A stretch of DNA of 64,000 nucleotides from contig JAADGS010000045.1 in the NCBI GenBank assembly GCA_013152275.1, forward strand, positions 1-64,000, written 5' to 3'. The DNA is from Actinomycetota bacterium (GTDB lineage: Bacteria > Actinomycetota > Acidimicrobiia > Spongiisociales > UBA4744). How positions within the stretch are numbered: position 1 is the stretch's first letter; the number at the start of each line of letters is the position of its first letter. The notes under the pieces were generated by a model. It did not search any database. It was not told the origin of the DNA and saw only the letters and a list, made by a program, of their open reading frames with translations. Shown piece by piece: positions 38,744-48,740 of the stretch. The position numbers were made by a program, and so were the translations under genes.

Positions 38744-39951
38744 CCGGGCGAAGCGCCGAGGCGGGCTTTGCAGGCCGCGGTGTCCGTTCAGATCTGCGCG
38801 TCAAGATCGAAGAGCGAGAGGATGGGGGTCTCACGGTCGATCTGCAGTCCAAGGTCGAGGCCTATTACGGCGCCGCGATCCGAGATCAGGTCCGCGACGA
38901 GTTGGAACACCTCGGCGTCGAGAACGCGACAGTGACCATTCAGGACATGGGAGCGCTTCCCTTCACCATTGCTGCACGGGTCGAGACTGCGGCCCTCAGG
39001 GCCGGGCTCCTCGAAGACAAGGCGCTCGATGCGGTTCCCGAACCCGACCGCGTTCCGACGGAGCGCGGTCGAGTTCGGCGGTCACGGCTCTATCTTCCCG
39101 GCAACGATCCAAAGTACATGGTCAACGCCGGCCTGTATGGTCCGGACGCCGTCATCCTGGATCTGGAGGACTCGGTGCACCCGGCAGAGAAGGACAGCGC
39201 CCGCCTTCTGGTCGCCAATGCCGTTCGCCACGTGGATTTCGCCGGGGCAGAGATCATGGTTCGCATCAATCAGCTTCCGGCCGGGTTGGAGGACCTGGCA
39301 GCGGTGATTCCCAGTGGACCGGATCTGATCCTCATCCCGAAAGTGGAGGACCCGGCAGAGGTCCAAGAGGTCGACCGGACGATTACCACCATGCTCGAGA
39401 CACTGGAGTGGCACCGGTCGATCTGGATCATGCCGATCCTCGAGTCTGCACTCGGAATCGAATCGGCCTTCGATATCGCACGGTCTTGCGACAGGGTCGT
39501 CGCGCTCACCGTGGGGCTGGAAGATCTGATGGCGGACCTCGGAGTATCCGGATCGGCCAAGGAGCAGGCGACACACTACGCACGGGCCCGCATCGTCAAT
39601 GCCGCAGTCGCCGCGAGTGTCCAGCCCATCGACTCGGTCTATGCCGACGTATCCGATCTCGATGGGCTGACGTCGTGGTGTGAGCGGTCGAAGGCGCTGG
39701 GATTCCAGGGCATGGGCTGTCTCCATCCACGACAGATACCGATCGTTCACGACGCGTTTGCCCCCACCCCAAAGGAGATCGAACGTGCCCAGGCGATCGT
39801 TGCTGCCTTTGAACAAGCCCAGAAAGAAGGCTTGGCCATCGTAAGTATCGGATCCAAGATGATCGATGCACCGATCGTGCAACGAGCCGCGAAGATCGTC
39901 GAGCAGGCTCGAGCGCTGGGCCTCTTGCTCGAAGAGGGGAGCGGGCAATGA
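38740..39951 (+). CDS. citE: Citrate lyase ACP (CitD-like) fused to citryl-CoA lyase (CitE-like)
   Basis: N-terminal YGAAIRDQV...DMGALPFTIAARVETA (CitD-like); RRSRLYLPGN, LDLEDSV, MVRIN, HPRQI, MIDAP. Confidence 0.88.
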   Translation: MTGRSAEAGFAGRGVRSDLRVKIEEREDGGLTVDLQSKVEAYYGAAIRDQVRDELEHLGVENATVTIQDMGALPFTIAARVETAALRAGLLEDKALDAVPEPDRVPTERGRVRRSRLYLPGNDPKYMVNAGLYGPDAVILDLEDSVHPAEKDSARLLVANAVRHVDFAGAEIMVRINQLPAGLEDLAAVIPSGPDLILIPKVEDPAEVQEVDRTITTMLETLEWHRSIWIMPILESALGIESAFDIARSCDRVVALTVGLEDLMADLGVSGSAKEQATHYARARIVNAAVAASVQPIDSVYADVSDLDGLTSWCERSKALGFQGMGCLHPRQIPIVHDAFAPTPKEIERAQAIVAAFEQAQKEGLAIVSIGSKMIDAPIVQRAAKIVEQARALGLLLEEGSGQ

Positions 39952-41525
39952 CGGCCGGATTCACCGAGAACGCTGCAGGTCGGATCGTTCCGACCGTCGT
40001 AAACGGCCATGAGCAGACCCCATACCGGGGCATCGGCCGCCACCGCCCGGTCGGCAACAAGGCAGGACCGCCGATCCGGGTCTCGTCCGACTATCCGGTC
40101 AACGGAGACAAGCGGGTCGCATCCCTGCAGGAGGCTCTCGAACGGTGCGGCCTGGCCGACGGGATGGTCGTCTCCACCCATCATCACCTTCGCAACGGAG
40201 ATCGCGTTGCTCTCAGCCTCCTCAACACCGCGAAGGACATGGGAATCCGCGACCTGACCTGGTTCCCGAGCGCATCATTCCCCTGCCACGAACCCGTGAT
40301 CGACCTGATGGAGGCCGGCGTCGTCCACCATATCGAGGGCAGCATGAACGGGCCGCTGGGGGAGTACTGCTCGAAAGGAAAGATGCGTGGACTGGGCGTA
40401 CTTCGCTCGCACGGCGGCCGGTGGCAGGCAATCTCCGACGGAGAGATACACATCGATATCGCAGTGATCGCCGCTCCATGCGCAGACATGTTCGGCAATG
40501 CGAACGGCGCACGCGGCAAGTCGGCGTGCGGATCCCTTGGCTTCGCCCTTGCAGATTCCCTGTATGCCGATCACGTCATCGTCGTTACCGACGGCCTCGT
40601 CCCCTTCCCGTGCGTTCCCTGGCAGATACAGGGCAACAACGTCGACTACGTCGTCGAGGTGCCTTCGATCGGGGACCCGAGCAAGATCGTCTCCGGCACG
40701 ACACAGATCACCAAGAGCCCGGACCGACTGATCATCGCCGAGTTCGCGGCGCGGTTCGTTCGGGATGCGGGCATCTTGCGTGATGGCTTCTCGTTCCAGG
40801 CAGGAGCCGGGGGCATCTCACTCGCTTTCACGGCGTTCCTCGCGGACATGATGCGAGACGCCGGCGCCACTGCACGGTTCGTCCGCGGAGGCTCCACGCG
40901 TGTGCTGGTGGACATGTTGCAGGAAGGCCTGACGGACTACATCCTCGATGGTCAGACGTTCGACCTCAGCGGCATCCAATCCATTGCGACAGACCCGCGC
41001 CACGTGGCGACCTCACCGTTCACTTCGTACAACTTCAATGGCAAAGGCAACTTCGCGAGCATGGTCGATGCCGTCGTTCTCGGTGCAACCGAGGTGGACG
41101 TCGATTTCAACGCCAACGTGGTGACACACTCCGACGGACGTCTCTTGCACGGTATCGGGGGTTGGCAGAACTGCCTGTTCGCCGGCTGCACGATTTTGGC
41201 GATGCCGTCATTTCGGGACCGGAACCCTGTCATACGTGATCGAGTGACGACGCTCACGGGGCCGGGCGAACTCATCGATGTCGTAGTCACCGAGCGCGGT
41301 ATCGCCATCAATCCGAGGCGCCAGGATCTGATCGATGCCACAAAGGCCTCTGATCTTCCCATCGTGGACATACGTCGTCTCCAGGCGGATGTGGAGCACA
41401 TCTGCGGAGGCAAACCTGAGCCCGCCGTGCTGACCGACCAGCCTGTGGCCGTGATCAAGTGGGTGGACGGCACGGTCCTCGACACCGTGTGGCAACCTCG
41501 CGTCGATCCCGACCCTCACAGTTGA
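39948..41525 (+). CDS. citF: Citrate lyase alpha subunit (CoA/ACP-transferase)
   Basis: HHHLRNGD, RSHGGR, ACGSLGFA, FQAGAGG, ATEVDVDFNANV, VVVTERGIAINP. Confidence 0.93.
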   Translation: MTAGFTENAAGRIVPTVVNGHEQTPYRGIGRHRPVGNKAGPPIRVSSDYPVNGDKRVASLQEALERCGLADGMVVSTHHHLRNGDRVALSLLNTAKDMGIRDLTWFPSASFPCHEPVIDLMEAGVVHHIEGSMNGPLGEYCSKGKMRGLGVLRSHGGRWQAISDGEIHIDIAVIAAPCADMFGNANGARGKSACGSLGFALADSLYADHVIVVTDGLVPFPCVPWQIQGNNVDYVVEVPSIGDPSKIVSGTTQITKSPDRLIIAEFAARFVRDAGILRDGFSFQAGAGGISLAFTAFLADMMRDAGATARFVRGGSTRVLVDMLQEGLTDYILDGQTFDLSGIQSIATDPRHVATSPFTSYNFNGKGNFASMVDAVVLGATEVDVDFNANVVTHSDGRLLHGIGGWQNCLFAGCTILAMPSFRDRNPVIRDRVTTLTGPGELIDVVVTERGIAINPRRQDLIDATKASDLPIVDIRRLQADVEHICGGKPEPAVLTDQPVAVIKWVDGTVLDTVWQPRVDPDPHS

Positions 41526-41573
41526 ACCCAGGGCTCGTAGGGGTCGTGGCGACCCCCCTGAGCCCTGGGTTCA
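41523..41573. terminator. Long hairpin between convergent citF and ftcD
   Basis: TGAACCCAGGGCTC...GGGGTCG-TGG-CGACCCC...GAGCCCTGGGTTCA. Confidence 0.75.
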
Positions 41574-41583
41574 GTGTTGGTGA

Positions 41584-43239
41584 CTAGTGATCGGTCGCGA
41601 TACGGCTCTCCACGATCGCCTGCACGTCGGCTGCCATCGTCCTGACGGACTCGAGTGCAGCGCTCCGTCGCGCGTCCAGACGTGCTGTCTGTGGATGGTC
41701 GGGCAGCGAACCGAGGTTGATGCGTACGTTCAGCGACGCACCCTCTGCGGCGGCGAGCGCACACATGGCGGCGACACCTCCATCGCTGACCGCACTCTCG
41801 TTGCCGTCTCTGGCCACCACCGAGGCGGCGCCGAGGGTGTCGACGCAATGTTCGAGCACCTCGAGAGGGACCATGCTGGCGGCCACTGTGGCTTCCTGCA
41901 CGGCACGGTCGCGGGCGAGACGCTCCGCGTCGGTCCTACGAGGTAGTCGCATCGCCGCCATCAGCGAGTCGAACGCCTCCGTATCTCGATCGACCGCATC
42001 GAGAAACCAGTCCTTGAGCAGCTGTGCGGATCGGCCGGTCTCCTCCATCTTGGCGTCGCCCGTCTTGGAGAACGTGAGAGCAGCGACCATCGAAGTCAGC
42101 GCCGCCGAGAGCGCGCCGACCAGCGCGGCCACGCTGCCTCCTCCAGGTGTCGGCGTGCCCGTCGAGAGAACGTCGGCAAACTCTCGAAGCGAGCCGGCCG
42201 CAAAGCCCGATGATGCCCCGTGATACCGGTACTCGATCACTTTGTCGGCCGGATCGAACGGTGACACATCATCCAGACCAAGGCTCAACACGGCAATATG
42301 CATTCGCTCGGCCTCCGGGATTCCGGTCGTCTTGCCCTGCGCTCGCAGGTAGTGATCTGCCGCGGCAAGCATCGAGCGGCGGGGGACCAAGCCGACGATC
42401 TCGCTACCCGTCACCCGCACCCCGAGCCTGCGGGCCTCTTCGCAGGCGGCGTCGAAGACGGCATGGAGCGGAGTGATGTCAGGATCGGTCAAGTTGAAGG
42501 ACACCTGTGCCCGTCCGTACTCCTCGATATACCAGCCGACCCCTCGCAGATGAGTGAACCGTCCTGGCTCCCGCAAGGCGAGACCGTCGGCATCACGTTG
42601 AATCTTGCCGTCGGGATCCCGCTTTGGCCGCCCACTCTCTCGGAGAGCACCCGCGATCTTGTTGGCGAGCTTGCGGTCGCGGGTGTTCAGATTGACGTTG
42701 TAGGCGATCAGGAAGTTGCGTGCGCCGATCGCGGTTGCCCCAGTCCTCGGATTGAAATCTTTCGGACCGAAGTCGGGCTCGTCTTCACGGTCCGCGAGCC
42801 CTTCGTATTCACCGCGGCGGACATTCGCGAGTGATACGTGCTCGGGTCGGGATGCCGCCTCCCCGTACAGGTAAACGGGGATCGAGAGTTCGGTTCCAAC
42901 ACGTTCGCCCAGACGTCGTGCAATCCGAACACAATCCTCCATGGAAGCACCTTCGAGCGGTACGAACGGACAGACATCGGTGCTACCCATTCGTGGATGT
43001 TCACCCTGGTGAGCTCGCATGTCGATCAGGGTGGCCGCTTTCTCGATGGCGGCAAACGCGGCATCTTCCACGGCTTCGGGAGACCCGGCGAACGTCATCA
43101 CCGTGCGATTCGTGGCGGCCCCCGGGTCGACATCGAGCAGCGTCACACCGTCTATGGCCGCGATGGCCGCGGCGATGGCATCGATGACACGCCGATCTCG
43201 GCCTTCACTGAAGTTGGGGATGCATTCGATGAGTTTCAT
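41584..43239 (-). CDS. ftcD: Bifunctional glutamate formiminotransferase/cyclodeaminase
   Basis: ECIPNFSEGR, HQGEHPRMG...DVCPFVP, PTPGGGSVAA. Confidence 0.95.
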   Translation of the reverse strand: MKLIECIPNFSEGRDRRVIDAIAAAIAAIDGVTLLDVDPGAATNRTVMTFAGSPEAVEDAAFAAIEKAATLIDMRAHQGEHPRMGSTDVCPFVPLEGASMEDCVRIARRLGERVGTELSIPVYLYGEAASRPEHVSLANVRRGEYEGLADREDEPDFGPKDFNPRTGATAIGARNFLIAYNVNLNTRDRKLANKIAGALRESGRPKRDPDGKIQRDADGLALREPGRFTHLRGVGWYIEEYGRAQVSFNLTDPDITPLHAVFDAACEEARRLGVRVTGSEIVGLVPRRSMLAAADHYLRAQGKTTGIPEAERMHIAVLSLGLDDVSPFDPADKVIEYRYHGASSGFAAGSLREFADVLSTGTPTPGGGSVAALVGALSAALTSMVAALTFSKTGDAKMEETGRSAQLLKDWFLDAVDRDTEAFDSLMAAMRLPRRTDAERLARDRAVQEATVAASMVPLEVLEHCVDTLGAASVVARDGNESAVSDGGVAAMCALAAAEGASLNVRINLGSLPDHPQTARLDARRSAALESVRTMAADVQAIVESRIATDH

Positions 43240-43249
43240 ACGGCCTCCA

Positions 43250-43501
43250 TCAGAGATCCGGCTCTTCGCCGGACGCCAGGAAGGTTTCCAGCGGTTCACG
43301 GGCAACATAGTGTGAGGTCATGGACTCTTCCCACTCCAGGTACCGTTCCTCACACCGGACCGAACAGAACTCGGAGCCGTCTCGCCGGGGAGCACCGTCC
43401 CAGAGACAGGTCGTATGGGTGCGGCGCAACCACGGTGGATCGTACAGGGGATATCGTCCGTGTCTGGAGCGATAATCATCAGGCGTTGGCTCGACATCCA
43501 T
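43250..43501 (-). CDS. Small Zn-finger-like protein (HxxCxxD...FCSxxC)
   Basis: GGAGG then ATG; stop 10 nt before the ftcD start. Confidence 0.65.
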   Translation of the reverse strand: MDVEPTPDDYRSRHGRYPLYDPPWLRRTHTTCLWDGAPRRDGSEFCSVRCEERYLEWEESMTSHYVAREPLETFLASGEEPDL

Positions 43502-43672
43502 CGGCACTCTCCTCCCTGTCCCGACCCAGGCTAGAGGCGGCCGGGCACCGCGGACATCCAAACTCGCAAACCGACCGTCGGACCCCCACCGACCGGGCCG
43601 AACGGCGTGGTTCGCGGCGTCTTGCAAGGAAACTCCTACAGGAACCGAACCTTTGCTCCGATGTCGTCGGTG

Positions 43673-43861
43673 ATGAGTACGGGCATCGAGTTTACGTTCA
43701 TGTGCACTCGCTGTGGGGAGAAGGCGGCCGCTGTCAAAGAGGGGCGCAAGGTGTTCCTCTGTGCAGCGTGTGCCTCCGACACCATGTGGCGCGACATGGT
43801 TTCCGTGATCCTCGACGGCCCGGATGTCGATCGAGGGAAAGACGATACCCGTCAGTCCTGA
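43673..43861 (+). CDS. Small CxxC...CxxC Zn-ribbon protein
   Basis: CTRCG...FLCAAC; start uncertain. Confidence 0.6.
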   Translation: MSTGIEFTFMCTRCGEKAAAVKEGRKVFLCAACASDTMWRDMVSVILDGPDVDRGKDDTRQS

Positions 43862-44721
43862 ATGCTCACCAACCACATGGCCAGCAGGTTCATCACAACT
43901 CCGAAGACGGTAACAACGATCAGATCCTGACCCACCGTCATCGAATGCCCGAAGACCTTGATTCCGAGACCGAAGTCGGGAAGCCGATCCAGTATGGCGG
44001 CCGGCAACCCCTGTGCGTTCAGGACCAATCTGCGCAACGGGTCGACCGCGTACGTGATCGGATTGATCTTGACGAGAATGGTCATCCATGCGGGCAGACC
44101 CTGGAGTGGAAAGAACACACCCGATAGAAAGATCATCGGAAAGGTGACGAACTGGTTGATCACCTGGAATGCCTCGGTACTGCGCATCCGTGCGGCAAGC
44201 GCGACACCCATCCCCGACAAGCCAAAAGCACCAAGGAACATCACCGGCCAGAGTTGGAGGACCAGCAGAGGCGTCAGAGTGACCCCGACGAGTGGGGCGA
44301 ACAGGAAGACGAGCGTTCCCTGAATCGTCGCGACAGTGGCACCGCCGAGGGTTTTGCCGAACGCCACCGAGGCACGATTGACGGGGGCGACAAGGACCTC
44401 CTTGAGGATGCCGAACTCACGATCGTAGACCAGCGAGATGCCGTTGAAGATCGAGGCAAAGAAGACGTTCATGGCGATGATTCCAGGAAAGATGAACTGC
44501 TTGAAGTCGATCGTCGGACCACCGGATCCGCCGCCGATCAGTGATCCCATCGCGCCGCTGAGTCCGCTGCCGAAGATCAGCAGGAAGATGATGGGCATCC
44601 CGAGAGACCCGGCGATCCTCGTCTTGTCCCGCCACCATCGAGTGATTTCCCTGCGCCAGATGATCCCCACTGCCGCGGCAGACGAAGGCCGTCGTCCATC
44701 ACGAGTTCCTGTGGCCATCAT
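43852..44721 (-). CDS. ABC-2 type permease (DrrB-like)
   Basis: DREFGILKEVLVAP, FLSGVFFP, NPITYAVD. Confidence 0.93.
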   Translation of the reverse strand: MMATGTRDGRRPSSAAAVGIIWRREITRWWRDKTRIAGSLGMPIIFLLIFGSGLSGAMGSLIGGGSGGPTIDFKQFIFPGIIAMNVFFASIFNGISLVYDREFGILKEVLVAPVNRASVAFGKTLGGATVATIQGTLVFLFAPLVGVTLTPLLVLQLWPVMFLGAFGLSGMGVALAARMRSTEAFQVINQFVTFPMIFLSGVFFPLQGLPAWMTILVKINPITYAVDPLRRLVLNAQGLPAAILDRLPDFGLGIKVFGHSMTVGQDLIVVTVFGVVMNLLAMWLVSIQD

Positions 44722-45707
44722 CCGTGCCCCCTTCGTCTGCGAACCATCATCTTGAGCCGGTTGCGGTTGAGATCACCCTGATCCAGCTCAGACTCCCGGA
44801 TGGTTCGTCCCGTCAGCTTCAGGAAGACATCGTCGAGGGTCGGCCTCCTGAGCTCGATCGCGTCGATACGACCCTTGAATCCCCTCGCAAGGTGTGGAAT
44901 GAAGGGCGCACCTTCTCGTACCTCGATTCGGACTTGGCCATTCCTCACCGTCGTCGTAACAGGCTCGGTGGAGAGGAACTCGACGAGATCGCCCGGGTCC
45001 GGCGTCGTTACGGTGATCATGTCGCCGCCGACCATGCGCTTGAGACCCTCGGGGGTGTCGAGTGCAACGATACTCGCGTGGTCCATGATGGCGATTCGGT
45101 CGCAGAACTCGGCTTCGTCCATGTAGTGCGTGGTCATGAAGATCGTGATTCCGGTTTCCTCGCGCAGTCGCTTGATGTGGTCCCACATGCTGCGTCGGGT
45201 CTGGGGGTCAAGACCGATCGTCGGCTCATCGAGAAAGAGGATTTCGGGAGTGTGTAGAAGCCCTCTCGCGATCTCGAGCCGGCGTTTCATGCCACCGGAG
45301 AACTTCTCGACGATGTCATCGGCTCGAGTATCGAGGTCGACGAGCTTCAGGAGTTCGTCGATCCGGCGCCTCCGAATCTGCGGCGGGACATGGTAGAGAA
45401 CGCCATGGAAGTTCAGGTTTTCACGGGCCGTGAGGCGGTCGTCGAGGCTTGGTTCCTGGAAGACGATGCCGATCGCCGAGCGCACCGCGCTCTGGTCGGA
45501 TCTGATGTCGTGTCCAGCAACGGTTGCGGTACCCGCCGATGGTTTGAGGAGGGTTGTCAGCATCGAGATCGTCGTCGTCTTACCCGCGCCGTTCGGCCCG
45601 AGAAAACCGAACACCTCGCCCTTATCGACCCAAAAGCCGATCCCATCAACCGCAAGAAGATCCTTGAAACGCCTGCTCAGGGCGTTCACATCGATCGCTC
45701 GAGTCAT
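44718..45707 (-). CDS. ABC ATP-binding protein (DrrA-like)
   Basis: GPNGAGKT, FSGGMKRR, LDEPTIGLD, TTHYMDEA. Confidence 0.95.
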   Translation of the reverse strand: MTRAIDVNALSRRFKDLLAVDGIGFWVDKGEVFGFLGPNGAGKTTTISMLTTLLKPSAGTATVAGHDIRSDQSAVRSAIGIVFQEPSLDDRLTARENLNFHGVLYHVPPQIRRRRIDELLKLVDLDTRADDIVEKFSGGMKRRLEIARGLLHTPEILFLDEPTIGLDPQTRRSMWDHIKRLREETGITIFMTTHYMDEAEFCDRIAIMDHASIVALDTPEGLKRMVGGDMITVTTPDPGDLVEFLSTEPVTTTVRNGQVRIEVREGAPFIPHLARGFKGRIDAIELRRPTLDDVFLKLTGRTIRESELDQGDLNRNRLKMMVRRRRGHG

Positions 45708-45790
45708 ATCCCCGTCCTCTCGAGACGAGGTTAGTGCCGTCCATGTGAGTCTCATTGCACCGCTCCGGCACGGGCCTCTACCGTTGGGGT

Positions 45791-46126
45791 ATGTATCGGC
45801 GAACCGGCATCATCCTCATCATCGTCGCCATGGGCCTGAGCATCTGGATGCTTGCGACACCTGTCCGCCATTTCACCGGGTATCTCATCGGAGGAGGTGA
45901 AGTTGAAAAGGCGTACACGACGTGCGGGATGACGATCGAGGTTCTTTCCGGGCGATTCGATGAAGAAGTCGGGACACCCGGTGCGCGCGAAGACTGCGTA
46001 AAGGAGGCGCGGGGTCGCGTTGCCTACGTGATCGTCGTTGCCGTGCCCCTGCTACTGCTTGCGAGTTTCGCGATCGCGCAGGGGAAGTTCCCGAACCTGC
46101 CCCTGCCTTGGCAGTCGGCCGTGTGA
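45791..46126 (+). CDS. Hypothetical two-TM protein
   Basis: Two hydrophobic segments flanking a loop with two Cys. Confidence 0.6.
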   Translation: MYRRTGIILIIVAMGLSIWMLATPVRHFTGYLIGGGEVEKAYTTCGMTIEVLSGRFDEEVGTPGAREDCVKEARGRVAYVIVVAVPLLLLASFAIAQGKFPNLPLPWQSAV

Positions 46127-46300
46127 CGCCGGCGTGCGGGCAAGCGGCGGAAACGGTTCCAGGTGGCCGGTTGCCGGCCCGAGTTGTCGCTCTCAGGCTG
46201 CAGGCCCACGAGTCGGACCACCCACAAGAGGAGAGACGTGATCCTCGAGCTGGGTGCCATCCGCCGCCAGGCGGACTCGTCGGCAGGAGCCGGAAACGAT

Positions 46301-47206
46301 CTAGGGGGTCTCCGCCCTGGAAGCGAGGAACGCTCCAATGAGCACGACGGCGGTTCCCGCAATCGACAGGAGCGCTGCATGCTCGCCGTGCAAGAAGACC
46401 CCGAGCAGGATCGCCACGACCGGCAGGAAGTAGATCGCTATCGAGGCGCGGGCCGCCCCGACCCGGCCGGCGAGCGCGGTCATTGCGAGGAACGCGAGCC
46501 CCGTTCCGAACACACCCAAAGTCGCCACTGCCGCCAGGGGACCCCATGCGAAGCGCACCTGTCCCACATGAGCCAACCCGAACGGAGTCACGAGTATGAC
46601 CGCCACGAGTTGGGCCCGCAGGATCACCGGGAACGCGCCATACCGCTGCTGAAGTGGGACAGCAATGTTGACAGAGATTGCGTAGGAGATCGTGGCGGCG
46701 AGCACCAGCAAGGTACCGCGAAGGACCGACGACCCCCCTTCGATACCCGGAAGGCTGATCGCGACGATCCCGACGAGACCGAGCGAGACACCCACGATCT
46801 GATAGCGGCCTGGAGCCTTGCGGAGCAGAAGGGCCGCGATGATTGCAGAGAAGATCGGCATCGACCCGTTGAGCATGCCGGCGAGAGAGGATGCGATCCA
46901 CTGTTGGGCGATGGGGAAGAGGAGCATGGGCAACCCCATCCACAGGACACCGAGGAGAACGATTCGTGGAAGGTCCATCCGGTCCACCGGCCGCCTCGAA
47001 GCCGGAAACAGAGCGAGGGTGGCTGCGCCCACGGTGAGGCGAAGCAGCGCGACGAGCGTCGGGGGGAACGCCTCGAGTCCGATGGCAATGAGCAGAAACG
47101 ACGAGCCCCAGATGAGCGCGATCCCGGTGAGCAGACCCCAGTCGGTGAGCCCGAAGGCAGCTCGCCGGATCCCCGGAGCAGTCGAGAGGAGTGAAGACGC
47201 CCGCAT
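46301..47206 (-). CDS. DMT/EamA family transporter
   Basis: LIWGSSF; about 10 TMs in two repeats. Confidence 0.9.
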   Translation of the reverse strand: MRASSLLSTAPGIRRAAFGLTDWGLLTGIALIWGSSFLLIAIGLEAFPPTLVALLRLTVGAATLALFPASRRPVDRMDLPRIVLLGVLWMGLPMLLFPIAQQWIASSLAGMLNGSMPIFSAIIAALLLRKAPGRYQIVGVSLGLVGIVAISLPGIEGGSSVLRGTLLVLAATISYAISVNIAVPLQQRYGAFPVILRAQLVAVILVTPFGLAHVGQVRFAWGPLAAVATLGVFGTGLAFLAMTALAGRVGAARASIAIYFLPVVAILLGVFLHGEHAALLSIAGTAVVLIGAFLASRAETP

Positions 47207-47236
47207 CGACCGCAGGGTAATGCCAGGGGAGATGTC

Positions 47237-48475
47237 TCAGGCCGGCTGGTCGTACTCTGCGACGTTGCGGGCAGACCAGACGACCGTGCGAGAGAGGTAT
47301 ATGGCGAAGAGGACGATGAGGATCGGGCCGAGCCGCACGATCGTCAGCAGGCCGATGCGATCCGCCAGAGCCGTGCCGAACAAGGCACCGAAGGGGACCG
47401 TGCTCCATGCGAGGCCCCGCCCGGCGGCGCTCACCCTCCCAAGGAGATACTGTGGCGTGTAGAGCTGGCGCATCGTGAGCAGACTCACATTGGTCCAAAC
47501 GAGTCCGGCGAACCCCACCGCCAAGACGCTCGTGACGACCAAGAGGTTGCTCGACCAGGTGAGGCCAAACATGCCAAAACCGAAGATCGCGAATCCGAAC
47601 ACGTAGGTACGGCCGATGTGGATACGATCGATGACTCTCGGTGCGCTTATCGCTCCGATGATGCCACCGGCGCCCATCCCGACGAAGAAGATCCCGAGTC
47701 GCGCCGGATCATCCGTCCCGAGAAGCTGGGCTCCGATCAGCACGAGGGTTGCTTCGATGAATCCGGTGATGAAGTTGGCGAGTCCTCCACCGAGCGTGGT
47801 CAGGCGGATCCTTCGTTCGGACCACAGGTGTGCCCATCCTTCTCGCAGATTCTCAAAGAAACGGTCGCCGGAACCGAGGACGCGCTTCGGAACTCGGGAC
47901 AAGTAGATGAATGACAAGGCAGACACGAGAAAGGTCAATCCGTTGAAAGCAAACGCGGCTGGGAAGCCCGCGGCCTTCACGATCAGCCCACCGGTGAGAG
48001 GCCCGAGCAGAAAAGCGATCTGTTGAGAAAGCGAGAGCCGACCGTTCGCCCGAGTCAAACCCAGTCCCGCGGCCACCGACGGGATGAAAGCCTGCAAAGA
48101 GGCGTTGAAGGAAGCGGCAAGACTGCCGGCTACAAAGGCAAACGCGAACAGGCCCCACGTGGTGAAAGTGCCCTCGCGAGCCATGACCGCAAGTGAGAAG
48201 AACGCGGCGGCTCGTGCCAGCTCGTTGATGACGATGATCCAGCGCAGCCGGTACCGGTCCAACAGGGTTGCGCCGACAAAACCGAAGAGAAGTGTGGGTA
48301 GGTTCTCGGCCGCAGACAGGAGCCCGAAATCGAACGCCCGTTGCGAGAGCATCGCGAGAAAGAGTGGGACCGTCAGGTACGCGACGTAGTCGCCAAACAG
48401 AGAAACTGTCTGTCCCGTCCAGACGATTGAGAAGTTCCGGGCAGGCGGAACCGTCCTGTGCGTGCCTTGGCTCAC
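47237..48475 (-). CDS. MFS transporter
   Basis: WTGQTVSLFGD, LLDRY, LLGRV; about 12 TMs. Confidence 0.9.
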   Translation of the reverse strand: MSQGTHRTVPPARNFSIVWTGQTVSLFGDYVAYLTVPLFLAMLSQRAFDFGLLSAAENLPTLLFGFVGATLLDRYRLRWIIVINELARAAAFFSLAVMAREGTFTTWGLFAFAFVAGSLAASFNASLQAFIPSVAAGLGLTRANGRLSLSQQIAFLLGPLTGGLIVKAAGFPAAFAFNGLTFLVSALSFIYLSRVPKRVLGSGDRFFENLREGWAHLWSERRIRLTTLGGGLANFITGFIEATLVLIGAQLLGTDDPARLGIFFVGMGAGGIIGAISAPRVIDRIHIGRTYVFGFAIFGFGMFGLTWSSNLLVVTSVLAVGFAGLVWTNVSLLTMRQLYTPQYLLGRVSAAGRGLAWSTVPFGALFGTALADRIGLLTIVRLGPILIVLFAIYLSRTVVWSARNVAEYDQPA

Positions 48476-48538
48476 GATTCACCAGCCTAGTGGGGGATGA
48501 GGGCGCGATGCCTGAAAGTTTGCCGTCCGCCGGCGGTG

Positions 48539-48740
48539 GGGAGGCACGTACCGCAGCGGCTTTGCGCCGGGGTAGCGGGTCTTCGTCGGGGAGCGGAACG
48601 ACCGCAGGGAGGCACGTACCGCAGCGCCTTTGCGCCGATGTAGGGAGGTCTTGCCTTGGGAGCGGAGCGACCGTCGGGGAAGTGCGCTGAAGCCGGGAGG
48701 GAGGAGAGCAGCGCAGCGGACCTTGCGGCCGGTGTAGGAG
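48539..48740. repeat. 68-bp imperfect tandem repeat x2 plus a degenerate third copy (REP-like)
   Basis: GGGAGGCACGTACCGCAGCG...GGAGCGGARCGACCG starting at 48539 and 48607. Confidence 0.8.

Noticed and set aside
43773..43784. Exact CCTCCGACACCA match to the att core
   Set aside because: Lies inside a plausible CDS (codons for ASDT) with no recombinase-tail sequence beside it; likely chance.
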